A DNA stretch of 45,848 nucleotides, from contig CAYUZS010000002.1 in NCBI GenBank assembly GCA_964448705.1, positions 1,729-47,576 on the forward strand, given 5' to 3'. The translations under genes and the position numbers were made by a program. The notes below the pieces were generated by a model. The model was not told the DNA's origin. It saw only the letters and a list, made by a program, of their open reading frames with translations, and did not search any database. This document shows, in pieces, positions 1-9,646 of this stretch (position 1 is its first letter; each line of letters starts with the position of its first letter). The stretch is from an uncultured Gammaproteobacteria bacterium (lineage in GTDB: Bacteria; Patescibacteriota; Microgenomatia; UBA12405).

Positions 1-50
1 GAACGCCCCGCTGAGCGGGGAGGTCGCGGGTTCGAACCCCGTCTCCCGCT
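1..50 (+). tRNA. 3' part of a class II (long variable arm) tRNA cut by the window edge; Leu/Ser/Tyr class, isotype undetermined
   Basis: Read directly: variable-arm hairpin CCCCGC-TGA-GCGGGG, T arm GCGGG/TTCGAAC/CCCGT and acceptor 3' strand CTCCCGC. The anticodon lies upstream of the window. Confidence 0.6.
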
Positions 51-82
51 CTAAAAGATATAAGATTAAGTAGATAATCGAA

Positions 83-421
83 TTATTTCCCAATAGAAAT
101 ACCTAGGAGACCGTTGATAATAGAGAGAACTAACCCGAAAAGCAAAGCGGAAAAGAAGCCATCAACCTGAAATCCGGGAACTATAGCACTTGAAAGCATG
201 ACCATAGCTGCTGAAATAATCAAGCTAAAGAGACCTAAAGTTAAAACATTAATGGGAAAAGTTAAAATACTTAAGATAGGTCGAACAAAGGCATTAACGG
301 CTGCCAGAATGACGGCTGTGACAACCGCAGCAAAAAAACCGTCAACATGGACTCCGGGAATAATGTAGGCACTAATCAAAACGGTGATACCGCTGAGGAT
401 AATAGTGAGAAGAGTATTCAT
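83..421 (-). CDS. small integral membrane protein, YvlD/PF04020-like ('phage holin 4_2' family)
   Basis: 112-aa ORF, almost entirely hydrophobic. The segment VNAFVRPILSILTFPINVLTLGLF is typical of this family. Paralogous to 7456..7875. Confidence 0.55.
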   Translation of the reverse strand: MNTLLTIILSGITVLISAYIIPGVHVDGFFAAVVTAVILAAVNAFVRPILSILTFPINVLTLGLFSLIISAAMVMLSSAIVPGFQVDGFFSALLFGLVLSIINGLLGISIGK

Positions 422-454
422 AATTGTATATTTTTAAATAATATTGAGATAATT

Positions 455-808
455 ATGAAGAAGATTAAAAGAAGTGTCAAATTTATGAAAAATATCATCA
501 GAAATAATTTTGGCGATTATATTCTTTCCTGGGGTTATGTACTTTTTATCGGTTTGTTTGGTTTTGATGAAAAGGTTTTAAGTTTGGGTTTTTTGGTTCA
601 TCAAATCCCCTTTTTGATTTTGGTAATTATTAGCATAATTTCTCTTAAATACCGTAAAATTGGCGGTATATTATATATAATCATGTTTGCAGTTTTCACT
701 GTTGTCTTTAAAACATATCGTGAATTAGGGGTGTTTATGTTGATTTCGCTGCCGCTTTTAATTTTAGGGTTGATTTTTGTTTTAAAGAAAACGAGAAATA
801 GGCTATAA
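455..808 (+). CDS. hypothetical multi-pass membrane protein
   Basis: The ORF-track ORF 347..808 is trimmed to the internal ATG (MKKIKRS...), which avoids overlap with the divergent gene. Three to four hydrophobic helices, no recognisable motif. Confidence 0.4.
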   Translation: MKKIKRSVKFMKNIIRNNFGDYILSWGYVLFIGLFGFDEKVLSLGFLVHQIPFLILVIISIISLKYRKIGGILYIIMFAVFTVVFKTYRELGVFMLISLPLLILGLIFVLKKTRNRL

Positions 809-847
809 TATCTAGGAAAGTAGGACGTCAGACAGATAACTTAGTTC

Positions 848-921
848 GGGTCTATAGCTCAATTGGTTAGAGCATTCCGTTTACATCGGAAAGGTTAGAG
901 GTTCAAGTCCTCTTAGACCCA
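848..921 (+). tRNA. tRNA-Val (anticodon TAC)
   Basis: Cloverleaf read by eye: GGGTCTA/TAGACCC acceptor, D arm GCTC..GAGC, anticodon loop TTTACAT, T arm AGAGG-TTCAAGT-CCTCT, discriminator A. No encoded CCA. Confidence 0.9.
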
Positions 922-957
922 CCTTTTTGTTATAATATCGTGCTCTTTTAACAATCT

Positions 958-1042
958 GCCGACGTGGTGAAATTGGTATACACGTACGCTTGAGGTGCGT
1001 ATGCCGCAAGGTGTGGAGGTTCAAGTCCTCTCGTCGGCACCA
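958..1042 (+). tRNA. tRNA-Leu (anticodon GAG), class II, CCA encoded
   Basis: GCCGACG/CGTCGGC acceptor, anticodon loop TTGAGGT, long variable arm, T arm GGAGG-TTCAAGT-CCTCT, terminal ACCA. Confidence 0.9.
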
Positions 1043-1046
1043 TCAT

Positions 1047-1117
1047 TGCCCTGTCGTCTAATGGTAGGACAGCAGCCTTTGGAGCTGTTTATTGTGGTTC
1101 GAATCCATGCAGGGCAA
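1047..1117 (+). tRNA. tRNA-Gln (anticodon TTG)
   Basis: TGCCCTG/CAGGGCA acceptor (U1-A72), anticodon loop CTTTGGA, T loop TTCGAAT. Starts 4 nt after tRNA-Leu. Confidence 0.85.
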
Positions 1118-1123
1118 CAAAAG

Positions 1124-1585
1124 TTATTTAAGTCTAAGTTTAAGCATTATTTTGGGATTGTCTTCAAACTCACTGTCTTTCTCCAGGTCATATATTTCAT
1201 AGCCTCTTTTAATTAGTAATCTGATGTTTTCTTTGAACCGATTGAAAGTGTTAAGCGATACTCCTAAATAACCCTTTTTTTGAGCATATTTTTCTACTTC
1301 ATCATAAATTTTTGAGGCAATCCCCTTGCCTCTGAATAATTCCTCGACTCCTAAATCCCAAATATGATAGAGATTTGGATAACGTTGGTAACATAAAGCG
1401 AACCCGATAAGTTGAGAATTTTCGTAAGCCTCAATAATTAATGGGTCGTGATCAATAGTTTTATCGTAAGCAAACTCGGAACTATAATCATGAGCGTTAG
1501 GATACTTGGAGAAAATTTTATTTAATAGATTTATTGAATTATTAAAGTCAGATTCTTTGCTTGGAACTATTATTTTTATATCCAT
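1124..1585 (-). CDS. GNAT family N-acetyltransferase
   Basis: 153 aa. Acetyl-CoA binding motif A (LGVEELFRGKGIASKIYDEVEKYAQKKGY). Confidence 0.75.
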   Translation of the reverse strand: MDIKIIVPSKESDFNNSINLLNKIFSKYPNAHDYSSEFAYDKTIDHDPLIIEAYENSQLIGFALCYQRYPNLYHIWDLGVEELFRGKGIASKIYDEVEKYAQKKGYLGVSLNTFNRFKENIRLLIKRGYEIYDLEKDSEFEDNPKIMLKLRLK

Positions 1586-1703
1586 TATTGAATTATATAA
1601 TCAAAAGTCTGGATTAAGTCTTTGATAGAATCAATTATCCCGTAGAACTTTTTATCGGTTAGATATGAAACCATGTGGAGCAACCAATAAGAAGAAAATT
1701 TTT

Positions 1704-2480
1704 TTATTTTTGCAGGATTATAAAATGATGATGGGAAAATATCTCTAAAAAGGAGTGGTTTAATATTGTGTCTATTATTTTGGTAATTGGGTAAATTCTG
1801 TTTAAGGAAAATTGCAGCTTACCCGGTGCAATTTCCGGTAAAAAATCTGTTTTTTGATAAAGAATTATCTTATATTTATTTTGGCTGAGTAATTTAAATA
1901 TTTCATGTTTGGAAAACTTTATATCATGACTTTTTGCTAAGAATTCGGTTAATGCGAATTTGTTTGGTGTCCTAGATATTACCAGATGACCATGTTTTTT
2001 TAGCACCCGATATATCTCATTAAGAACTATAGGTAATATTTTTGCCGGAATATGTTCTAAGACAGCATGACAAAAAACCATATCGAAACAATCATTTTTA
2101 TATGGAAAATTGTTACCATCATAAAACTGAAAATGTAAATTTTTGTTTGATTTTTCAAGATTTTCCCAAAGCAATCTTTGTGATTTCTTGCCTTTTAGAA
2201 TAAAAGCATTTTGGACTTCTTCGTTTTTGTCATAAATATCAATTGCTTCGATTTTATTATTTAAGTTAGCTAATAAAAAGCTTGTTAGCCCGGTTCCGCA
2301 ACCTAAGTCTAATATTTTAATTTTCTGTTTTTTGATTTTTCCAAAAGTGGTGTTTATTATCTTCTTAATGCCGCTTAGGTAGGGTAATGAGTGAAATAAA
2401 AATTCTTCTTTTTTAAAGTTACTTTTTTCCAGGATTAAGATAAACTGAGAAAAATAGATATCAGTTAAGGTTTTGATCAT
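1704..2480 (-). CDS. class I SAM-dependent methyltransferase
   Basis: 258 aa. Motif I ILDLGCGTGLTS plus downstream acidic and post-I motifs (AIDIYD, FDMVFCHAVLEH). Confidence 0.7.
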   Translation of the reverse strand: MIKTLTDIYFSQFILILEKSNFKKEEFLFHSLPYLSGIKKIINTTFGKIKKQKIKILDLGCGTGLTSFLLANLNNKIEAIDIYDKNEEVQNAFILKGKKSQRLLWENLEKSNKNLHFQFYDGNNFPYKNDCFDMVFCHAVLEHIPAKILPIVLNEIYRVLKKHGHLVISRTPNKFALTEFLAKSHDIKFSKHEIFKLLSQNKYKIILYQKTDFLPEIAPGKLQFSLNRIYPITKIIDTILNHSFLEIFSHHHFIILQK

Positions 2481-2584
2481 AAATAATGTACAAAAACATA
2501 AATATTAATGTTATTTTTATATAAATGATCCAGGATTAGTAATGATATTTATGTAGTAATAAATAATACAATACAGAGCAACAA

Positions 2585-3163
2585 ATGAAAATACTAGAGA
2601 ATATTACTGTTGAGGAAATGGTGGCTGTTTTTTTAAGCGGTGAACTTAATTCACCAAGGTGGGGAGAAAAAATAAAAGCTATTCTGACAAAAAATAAGAT
2701 AGATGAGCGGATAATAACTAACCCGGATATTAAAAATAAAGATGAAAATTCTAAAAGAGCTTTGGTCCTAGGAGAATCAAGGGGTTATGGCCGAAAAGAC
2801 GGTTTGTTCGATGATTTGGAAGAAGTGACGGGATGGAAAAGGGTTTTGTTGGAATCTGATGATTTTAAAAACATTAGGTATATTGATTATGATTACTGGA
2901 ACGAATTGTCGGGAAAAACAAGATTAGTGACCGAAGGGGCTAAGAGTGTTGAAGAAGGACGGGAATTTTTTAATGTTAGTAACCAACAATATTGGCAGGT
3001 TAGCGAATTCGTAAAAAAGGGCGGCAGATTTCCCAGTTTAATTTTGATATCAGATAAAACGGGAAAAATGAAATTACTTGAAGGTCACGTAAGACTGACT
3101 GGTTATCTGCTAAATAATAAAGAACCCGAACCTTTAGAAGTGATTGTTGGTTTTAAAAACTAA
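2585..3163 (+). CDS. hypothetical protein
   Basis: 192-aa soluble ORF with no motif I recognise. Confidence 0.4.
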   Translation: MKILENITVEEMVAVFLSGELNSPRWGEKIKAILTKNKIDERIITNPDIKNKDENSKRALVLGESRGYGRKDGLFDDLEEVTGWKRVLLESDDFKNIRYIDYDYWNELSGKTRLVTEGAKSVEEGREFFNVSNQQYWQVSEFVKKGGRFPSLILISDKTGKMKLLEGHVRLTGYLLNNKEPEPLEVIVGFKN

Positions 3164-4516
3164 CTATTTTGAAGATCGATAAGTTTTAAAAAAAGATCGG
3201 GAAATCATAAAGAACAAAATCAGATTGAGGATAGAGAGAGATTTTCCAATAAGAAAATTATTCGATTTTATGAGCGGCGGAAGCCAGCTTAACCATGACC
3301 AGGGCATGAAAGCATTGAACAGATTTAAAGTATAAATTGCAGCCAAAATTAGAAAATATTTTAAATATTTTCTCTGATAGATGGAAAGCAAAAGTATGGA
3401 GACGATGCTGATAAAAAAATAACGTTCGTGAATACCGGTCATAAATAAAAAACAACCAAAACTGTTGATAAACATAGCGGCCAGTAAGTTGTCTATCTTT
3501 TTGGTTTTTAAAGATAGTATGGCAAATACAATTGTGACTGCAGAAAGCAGCCAACCCCATGTTTTTAGATAAAATCCCAGAAATAAGTTGGTATCCAATT
3601 GACTTTGACTGCCAATAAAAGGATAAAAAATATACCAGAAGTTGAAGGCATTATAGTTTATAAAACCATCACTGGTAGTGATCTTATAAGGCAGGACATT
3701 TAAACTATATATTAAAGAATTATCCGAAGTGAACCAGGAAACAGTCCAGAAAGTGAAAACGGCGGCAATTATTCCCCCGATAAACAGTTTAAAAAAAGAT
3801 TGTTTTTGGATGTAGATGCCATAAAAATAAATCGGAGCAACAATCAGACAGGTTGGTTTTATATTGGCAGCAATAGCATATAAAAGCGGAGACATGAAAA
3901 AATATTTTTTGGAAAAAATAAGAAGAAAAGAAATAATAAAAAAGATGAATGAAAGCTGGTCTGACTGCCCCCAAACTGAGGATATGTACCAGGAAAACGG
4001 CAAAAATAAATATAAAAAAACCGGTAAATGCCAATCTTTTTTGGCTTTTCGACAAAGATAATAAATGACAACAGCGATGCCAAGATCGGCAACAATCATA
4101 AATTGTTTAAGAATAAAAATGACTCCGGAAAGGATTGGAGTAGTGTTGTACAAATCGGTTCCAAACCAAATGGAAAAATTGAAGAGCCATACGAATTTGG
4201 TCGGAGCTAAACGATGAAGGGCAATGAAATTACCCAGATTTGAAAGAACACCCATTAACCAACCATGCAAAGGTCTTAGAATGTAATAAAGTGACGAGAT
4301 TAAAGGCGGATGGTTTGGAAAACCACTTCCCCAAACGTCCCACTGATAATAACCTTTAAGTGTTCCGAAATTAGAGGCAGTTTGCCCCCATCCGCTTTGA
4401 GTTAGCAGATCATCATGAGCAGTATTGAGCGACAATATAAAACGTAGAATATAGGCAATGAAAATGAGTACGAGATTAAGCCAATTGGATCTGATGAATC
4501 TGAGAAGAGTCCTCAT
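3164..4516 (-). CDS. polytopic membrane protein, GT-C-type glycosyl/mannosyltransferase-like
   Basis: 450 aa, 10 or more hydrophobic helices, aromatic-rich loops, no soluble domain. Assigned from architecture only (ArnT/PMT/DUF2029-like). Confidence 0.45.
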   Translation of the reverse strand: MRTLLRFIRSNWLNLVLIFIAYILRFILSLNTAHDDLLTQSGWGQTASNFGTLKGYYQWDVWGSGFPNHPPLISSLYYILRPLHGWLMGVLSNLGNFIALHRLAPTKFVWLFNFSIWFGTDLYNTTPILSGVIFILKQFMIVADLGIAVVIYYLCRKAKKDWHLPVFLYLFLPFSWYISSVWGQSDQLSFIFFIISFLLIFSKKYFFMSPLLYAIAANIKPTCLIVAPIYFYGIYIQKQSFFKLFIGGIIAAVFTFWTVSWFTSDNSLIYSLNVLPYKITTSDGFINYNAFNFWYIFYPFIGSQSQLDTNLFLGFYLKTWGWLLSAVTIVFAILSLKTKKIDNLLAAMFINSFGCFLFMTGIHERYFFISIVSILLLSIYQRKYLKYFLILAAIYTLNLFNAFMPWSWLSWLPPLIKSNNFLIGKSLSILNLILFFMISRSFFKTYRSSK

Positions 4517-4522
4517 GGACTA

Positions 4523-4528
4523 ATTATA
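4523..4528 (-). promoter_or_regulatory. -10 hexamer TATAAT exactly 6 nt upstream of the GT-C start codon (leaderless geometry)
   Basis: Minus strand reads TATAAT-TAGTCC-ATG. Only a weak -35 (TTCAAA/TTTCAA) lies 16-17 nt upstream. Confidence 0.4.
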
Positions 4529-4607
4529 TGGTTTTTAAAATAAGTTTGAAAAGGGATTTTAAAAATAGATGTGGAATAAAAATATTATTTTGATAGAATT
4601 TTTTCAA

Positions 4608-5174
4608 ATGAAAGAAAAGGCAAAATTAATCTCTTTTATCGGAATGGAAGGTTCAGGAAAAAGTACGGTTGCAAGAGATTTGGCGAAAAGATTGGATTAT
4701 ATTTATGTTTCTACCGGTGATATGCTGAGAGAAGCGGCGAAAAATGATATGGGGACGTTGGGTGATGCCTGCCGTAAAATGTTTGAAAATCATGCTTATC
4801 TTGATCCGCAAATATTATTAAAAATTGTCGAAAAAAGATTAGAACAGGACGATGCGGTTGACGGAGTAGTTTTGGACGGTGGTTTCCGAACTCTGGAAGA
4901 AACAAAAAATTTTGACAAGATAGGGAAAGACTTTGAGGTTAAAGTTTTTTATTTGAATGTACCAAAAAGAGAATGTTTAAATCGTCTTTTAGGTGAAAAC
5001 GGTAGAAAAAGAAGTGATGATACCGAAGATGGAGTCCGAAAAAGAATGTTTGAGTTTTCCAAAGATTTATTTGCCAGAACAAAATTTATTAGGGATAAAT
5101 ACCAACTGGAAATAATTGACGGAATGAGACCACTTGAGGAAATTTCGAATGAGATTTTGAGGAGATTAGGGTAA
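4608..5174 (+). CDS. adk: adenylate kinase family protein (short form)
   Basis: P-loop GMEGSGKST, VSTGDMLRE, LDGGFRT (DGFPR-like). Start moved to the ATG that puts the P-loop about 10 aa from the N-terminus. Confidence 0.7.
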   Translation: MKEKAKLISFIGMEGSGKSTVARDLAKRLDYIYVSTGDMLREAAKNDMGTLGDACRKMFENHAYLDPQILLKIVEKRLEQDDAVDGVVLDGGFRTLEETKNFDKIGKDFEVKVFYLNVPKRECLNRLLGENGRKRSDDTEDGVRKRMFEFSKDLFARTKFIRDKYQLEIIDGMRPLEEISNEILRRLG

Positions 5175-5228
5175 CAAATATTGTGGTTGTCGTCCGTAAA
5201 CTGATAGAATAAATTGAGGTAAAAAAAT

Positions 5229-5693
5229 ATGAAAAAACTAAATTGGCTATGGGCGATTTTATTGTGTCAGGGAGCGGGAATTATCGGCTCTCTGTTTACT
5301 TTTAAGGAAATAGATAGTTGGTATTCATTTTTAAACAAGCCAAGTTTTAATCCCCCTCCGTGGGTTTTTGGTCCGGTATGGACATTTCTATATTTGTTGA
5401 TGGGAATTTCATTGTTTTTGATTTGGCGGGCGAAAAACAAAAGCGACAAAAAGGAAAGTTTGAAGTATTTTTATATTCAGTTGGTTTTAAATGTTTTATG
5501 GTCAATAATATTTTTCGGAGCCCATTCCCCTACCTTAGCCGGAATAGAGATAATCGTTTTATGGATGACGATTTTAATATTAATTAGAAAGACCTGGAAA
5601 GTGTCGAAAACAGCGTCTTATCTGTTTATTCCATATTTACTTTGGGTAAGTTTTGCCGGTGTTTTGAATTGGGCAGTGGCGATTCTGAACTAA
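5229..5693 (+). CDS. tspO: TspO/MBR tryptophan-rich sensory protein
   Basis: 154 aa, 5 TM helices, KPSFNPPPWVFGPVWTFLYLLMG signature. One of the few genes here with an SD-like GAGGT upstream. Confidence 0.8.
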   Translation: MKKLNWLWAILLCQGAGIIGSLFTFKEIDSWYSFLNKPSFNPPPWVFGPVWTFLYLLMGISLFLIWRAKNKSDKKESLKYFYIQLVLNVLWSIIFFGAHSPTLAGIEIIVLWMTILILIRKTWKVSKTASYLFIPYLLWVSFAGVLNWAVAILN

Positions 5694-5694
5694 A

Positions 5695-5895
5695 CTATTT
5701 GGTGACAGACGGAGAGGCTATTTGGGCGGAAGGTGAAGCGACAGCCGGAGAAGGAAGGACTAAGGTTTGAGATTCTATACGTTGAAGAACGGTCCAATCG
5801 ATACTTTTATAGGAAAGATAGCCGGCAACTATTAAAGATATAGTAAGAAAAATAATAAGTGAGTAGGTAAGGAGATCTATTTTTGGCGAATCCAT
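5695..5895 (-). CDS. hypothetical small membrane-anchored protein
   Basis: 66 aa with one TM helix and a Pro/Ser/Ala-rich tail. Last gene of the minus-strand operon. Confidence 0.35.
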   Translation of the reverse strand: MDSPKIDLLTYSLIIFLTISLIVAGYLSYKSIDWTVLQRIESQTLVLPSPAVASPSAQIASPSVTK

Positions 5896-5899
5896 AAAA

Positions 5900-7237
5900 T
5901 TATTTTACACGAGAAATATTGTATGTGGTGGGGAATTTTAAGAATATAGCCGGAGACTCTTCAAGCAAAAAACGCTGGAAATCATAATATATTTTTTTTC
6001 TTTCCTGTTGATCGAAAGTCTGACGACCTTCTTCGAGAAGTTTATCAATACGGGAATTATTTAAATGAGTGATGTTGGTTGATGTTTGGGTGGAATGCCA
6101 AAAAGTATATTGATCCGGATCGTTAGGAATAACCCCATAAGTTAAAATCGTATCGTAGTTGTTAAGATCTATTTGATTGCTGTTGGCGTTGATGGTGACT
6201 TTAATTCCTAAATTCTGCTCCCAAGCATTTTTAATTTGTTCGGCAGTATCCAGTAATTTACGATCACTAACAATAAGGTTCATTTCGAGAATCTGGTCTT
6301 TGGGAAATAATTCCTTGGCACGTTCGGGGTTGTAGGGATATTCTTTTATGTCAGAATTGTAGGCCCAGGAGTTAATGGAAATCGGTCCAAGACAGCGATC
6401 ATTTTTGTCGTTTGATTTGGGAGTGGCGTAGGCAATAGCCTGTCTTAATTGTTTGGAACCAAGTTTTTCGGTATTAATGAAGATAGCCAGATACTCACTG
6501 TCGGAAATTTGGGGTGAAACTTTAACCTGTGGCCATTTGGCCAGGTCATTGTCGAGTGAATTGATAGATATTTCATCGACTTCACCGAGCTTAAAAGCGT
6601 TTAACAAATTTTGACTATTGGAATAAAAATGGTAGGTTAATTTTTGTTTTTTGTTTTCATTGTTGATAAGAGTTATGGTTTTAACATTACCGTCTTGATA
6701 GGTTATCTGATCAGATTTATATGGACCAAGTCCGATGAGAGTTTTTTTATAAAAAATAGGACGGGTTAAAAGCGACAATAAAGGGGCATAGGCTTCTTTA
6801 ACTTTGATCTGAAGCTGATTTGAAGCAGGAGTGGTAATATCTGCCCCGGAGATATTCAGTTGAATGTCGTTAGTTTGAAATTTTGAACCATTGTGCCAAT
6901 AAAGATTGTCCTTAAAGGTAAAAAGGTAGACGGTGTTATCTTCTGAAATTCGTAGATCGGAAATTATGGGAGAAATTTCCTGTTTATCATTTTCATTATT
7001 GACGGTGAAACCGTAACTAATTTGATCGACAATGTTGGCAGGAAGAGACTGGAGATTATAAAGTCCTTCAACACCGATATGAGTGTGGTCGGTTTGAAGA
7101 AGCTGATAGATATTGATTAATTGATTTCTTTCAATAAAAGCAAAAGAGCCGATGGCAATTCCCAAGATGACTATCAAAAAATATTTTTTTAGATAGTGGA
7201 CCGAATATTCGAGAAAAAAATGAAGTCTTTTGCTCAA
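5900..7237 (-). CDS. ABC transporter substrate-binding protein, family 5 (peptide/nickel type)-like, membrane anchored
   Basis: 445 aa with an N-terminal TM anchor. Overall similarity to SBP_bac_5 proteins (e.g. WHNG, LGPY, PNDPDQY segments). Confidence 0.5.
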   Translation of the reverse strand: MSKRLHFFLEYSVHYLKKYFLIVILGIAIGSFAFIERNQLINIYQLLQTDHTHIGVEGLYNLQSLPANIVDQISYGFTVNNENDKQEISPIISDLRISEDNTVYLFTFKDNLYWHNGSKFQTNDIQLNISGADITTPASNQLQIKVKEAYAPLLSLLTRPIFYKKTLIGLGPYKSDQITYQDGNVKTITLINNENKKQKLTYHFYSNSQNLLNAFKLGEVDEISINSLDNDLAKWPQVKVSPQISDSEYLAIFINTEKLGSKQLRQAIAYATPKSNDKNDRCLGPISINSWAYNSDIKEYPYNPERAKELFPKDQILEMNLIVSDRKLLDTAEQIKNAWEQNLGIKVTINANSNQIDLNNYDTILTYGVIPNDPDQYTFWHSTQTSTNITHLNNSRIDKLLEEGRQTFDQQERKKIYYDFQRFLLEESPAIFLKFPTTYNISRVK

Positions 7238-7246
7238 TTTTGATGA

Positions 7247-7459
7247 TTAAATTGTAGTTTGAATAATAGAGGAAGCGATGAATAAGACCAGAACACCAAT
7301 GGTGATGTAGAAGATTATTTTTTCCCAACCGCGTTTTTGAAATCCGGAGTTGGACATAATGTTTGATTGTGATTGAGAATCATCCGTTGACTGCAGAAAA
7401 ATTAGAACGCTGAGAACTACGGAGAGAACGATTTGAATTATTGTGAGTGCAATTTTCAT
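7247..7459 (-). CDS. secG: preprotein translocase subunit SecG (putative)
   Basis: 70 aa: two TM helices separated by a polar Ser/Gln/Gly-rich loop. Size and topology fit SecG. Confidence 0.5.
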   Translation of the reverse strand: MKIALTIIQIVLSVVLSVLIFLQSTDDSQSQSNIMSNSGFQKRGWEKIIFYITIGVLVLFIASSIIQTTI

Positions 7460-7875
7460 TTTTTATCCTTTTTGGGTTTAATAATTGATTTAAAAATAGC
7501 TAACAAAATATTTTGCGAAGTAGAATTGACCACGTAGGCCCAAAAACCGATAAAACTGAGAGTGGGGACGGTGAAACCCTGCCAGATAAAAGAAGAAATA
7601 TGGATGGAATTAACTTGAAAATCCGATAAAAGAAAAACAGCGAGATAGAAACCGACAGTGTTGATGACGATACGGAATAAACCTAAGGTTAGAACATTAA
7701 TCGGCAGAAGAAGGATTTTTATAATAGGTTTAAGGAGAAGCTCAAAAATAGTTAAAATAAGGGCAACTTTGATGATGGTCCAGGAATGGCCGGCAAAAAC
7801 TAAGTTGCCCCAGATTTCGTTTTGTAAGGCTAAAGAAAATGAAATTAACAGAGTGTATTTAAGAAATTTTTTCAT
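7456..7875 (-). CDS. membrane protein, YvlD/PF04020-like (second paralogue)
   Basis: 139 aa. LKPIIKILLLPINVLTLGLFRIVINTVGFYL parallels the motif in 83..421. Confidence 0.5.
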   Translation of the reverse strand: MKKFLKYTLLISFSLALQNEIWGNLVFAGHSWTIIKVALILTIFELLLKPIIKILLLPINVLTLGLFRIVINTVGFYLAVFLLSDFQVNSIHISSFIWQGFTVPTLSFIGFWAYVVNSTSQNILLAIFKSIIKPKKDKK

Positions 7876-9632
7876 TGTTTTTTATGTGAAACAGTTAATA
7901 TTATACCGCCTATGCAAAGCAAAAAGATGACGGCGCCAATGGTGATGGTTAGATTTAAATAGTGCTCTTGATTTGGGAATTGATAAGAAAGAGGGTTAAC
8001 TGATTCGGCTAGGGTAAGAGAAAACTTATATTCTTCATATCGAGGCAGGAGAGATTTGAAAAATGAAGGAGAAGAAAGGTTAAAAGTGACGGAACCAAGC
8101 GGTGGAATTAAAGGAATAGTTTCGGAAAAAGGAAAATCTTTGTCGGATAAAGTTAAAGAGTGAAGGCTAAACAAATTGGGGTTGGTCAGAATTACAGAAT
8201 TATTTTTGACGGTAACCTGAGGAGAAACAAAAGTAGGCTTTAATTCTTCAGTAGCAAAATTGACGTAAACTGATTTCTCAGAAGCTGATCGTTTATAGGA
8301 ACCCGGCGGCGATGGATAATCGCTTTGAAGTCCGTGAATAACAAAAGTAAAATGATTAAGATCGAGGTCGCTAAAATAATCGATACCATTGGTTGTTTTT
8401 TCCCAGGTCGGATCTACCTGCACCCACTGTTTTTTAACTGAGTCATAAAATTCCGGCCAGGCGTGAAGAATATCAGAATTAGGGTTGGTGGGTTTGATTT
8501 TAGAATTATTACTGTAGGCATAGCCCTCTATTTCCCGGGCAGGGATATTTTTTGATCTGGCTAAAGTGACGAAAAGATCGGTAAATTCAGTACAAAGTGA
8601 ATTATTAGGTAAAGTTAAAGCGGAAAGAGCGCCTTTTCTGGAGGCAGAGTTTATTTGGTTGTAGTCGTAATTGAGAGTGTTGACGACATATTGATAAATT
8701 GATTTAGGTGAACTGAGAGATGAATTAATGATGGAGATTTGGGAATCGTTAACCGGCCAATATTTTTGAGAAGAAAGATATTCACCCGGTTGAGGTTGAT
8801 TTTCGGAACGGGAAATCGGAGGATGAATTTTGGCCTGACCGGAAACAGTAATATCCAGAGATTCGTTTTGGGAAATTGTATATTGAGCCAACCAATTACC
8901 ATCAGCATCAACAGTGATGGCTGTCGGTGAAGGGGTGATGGACTTAAAAATAACAGTTTGGCTATTGGTGTCCGGAGGTAAAGGGATTTCGGTGTTAACA
9001 GGCTGGGATTGGTCGTTTTTAAGATAATAATGTAATTCGAAATCAAATAATTGATGATTACCAAAAATTAACAGGACTTTACCGGAGGAGCTTTGGTTTT
9101 GAATAAAATTTATTTGAGTCGTATCGGTTAGAACGTGAGTGCTGGAAATGGCGGCCGAATAAAAAGACAAGTCGCCAAAAGAACTTGGTACTTCCAACAA
9201 AACATTGGTTTGAGGAGAATCCTGAGAAGAACCAAGAGAGGGAAATTGTATTTCCCAAGTATTGCCTTTCTTTTTGGCAAAATTCGTTATTGAATAACGA
9301 AGAGTGAATTGATGATTTTGATCTTTACCGATTGACGGTTGGGAAAAATGAAGATTGATGGAGGTTTGGTCTCCGTCGGTTTGAATATTATTGATGATAT
9401 TTCCAAAAGCATCAGTACCGGTGATATTTTTTAGGACTGCCCCGACAAGAGTTATCTGATATTCTTTGGCGTATATCTGCGAATAATTATTCTTAAGACT
9501 GATTTCCTGAACGACTTGGGCAGTCCCCTGTCGATCGACCGTATATGAGATATTTTGACTTATATTAAATTCTCCGGCAGCAAAGGTTGTTTTTGGAATT
9601 AAAAAAAATAAAAATAAGAGAAAAAAGAACAT
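7872..9632 (-). CDS. secreted/membrane-anchored transglutaminase-like domain protein
   Basis: 586 aa with N-terminal signal and C-terminal TM. Cys-His-Asp core: CTEFTDLF..ARSKNIPAREIEGYAY...HAWPEFY...VDPT. Confidence 0.7.
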   Translation of the reverse strand: MFFFLLFLFFLIPKTTFAAGEFNISQNISYTVDRQGTAQVVQEISLKNNYSQIYAKEYQITLVGAVLKNITGTDAFGNIINNIQTDGDQTSINLHFSQPSIGKDQNHQFTLRYSITNFAKKKGNTWEIQFPSLGSSQDSPQTNVLLEVPSSFGDLSFYSAAISSTHVLTDTTQINFIQNQSSSGKVLLIFGNHQLFDFELHYYLKNDQSQPVNTEIPLPPDTNSQTVIFKSITPSPTAITVDADGNWLAQYTISQNESLDITVSGQAKIHPPISRSENQPQPGEYLSSQKYWPVNDSQISIINSSLSSPKSIYQYVVNTLNYDYNQINSASRKGALSALTLPNNSLCTEFTDLFVTLARSKNIPAREIEGYAYSNNSKIKPTNPNSDILHAWPEFYDSVKKQWVQVDPTWEKTTNGIDYFSDLDLNHFTFVIHGLQSDYPSPPGSYKRSASEKSVYVNFATEELKPTFVSPQVTVKNNSVILTNPNLFSLHSLTLSDKDFPFSETIPLIPPLGSVTFNLSSPSFFKSLLPRYEEYKFSLTLAESVNPLSYQFPNQEHYLNLTITIGAVIFLLCIGGIILTVSHKKQ

Positions 9633-9646
9633 GATTATTTAAATAT

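Noticed and set aside
995-1216. 73-aa ORF on the plus strand
   Set aside because: It is read straight through tRNA-Leu and tRNA-Gln and into the antisense of the GNAT gene, so it is spurious.
3258-4210. Several 60-100-aa ORFs on both strands inside 3164..4516 (and similar nested ORFs inside ppsA, dnaE, ileS, ftsZ, the ABC gene and others)
   Set aside because: All are nested in or antisense to long ORFs with clear family motifs or membrane-protein character. They are typical shadow ORFs.
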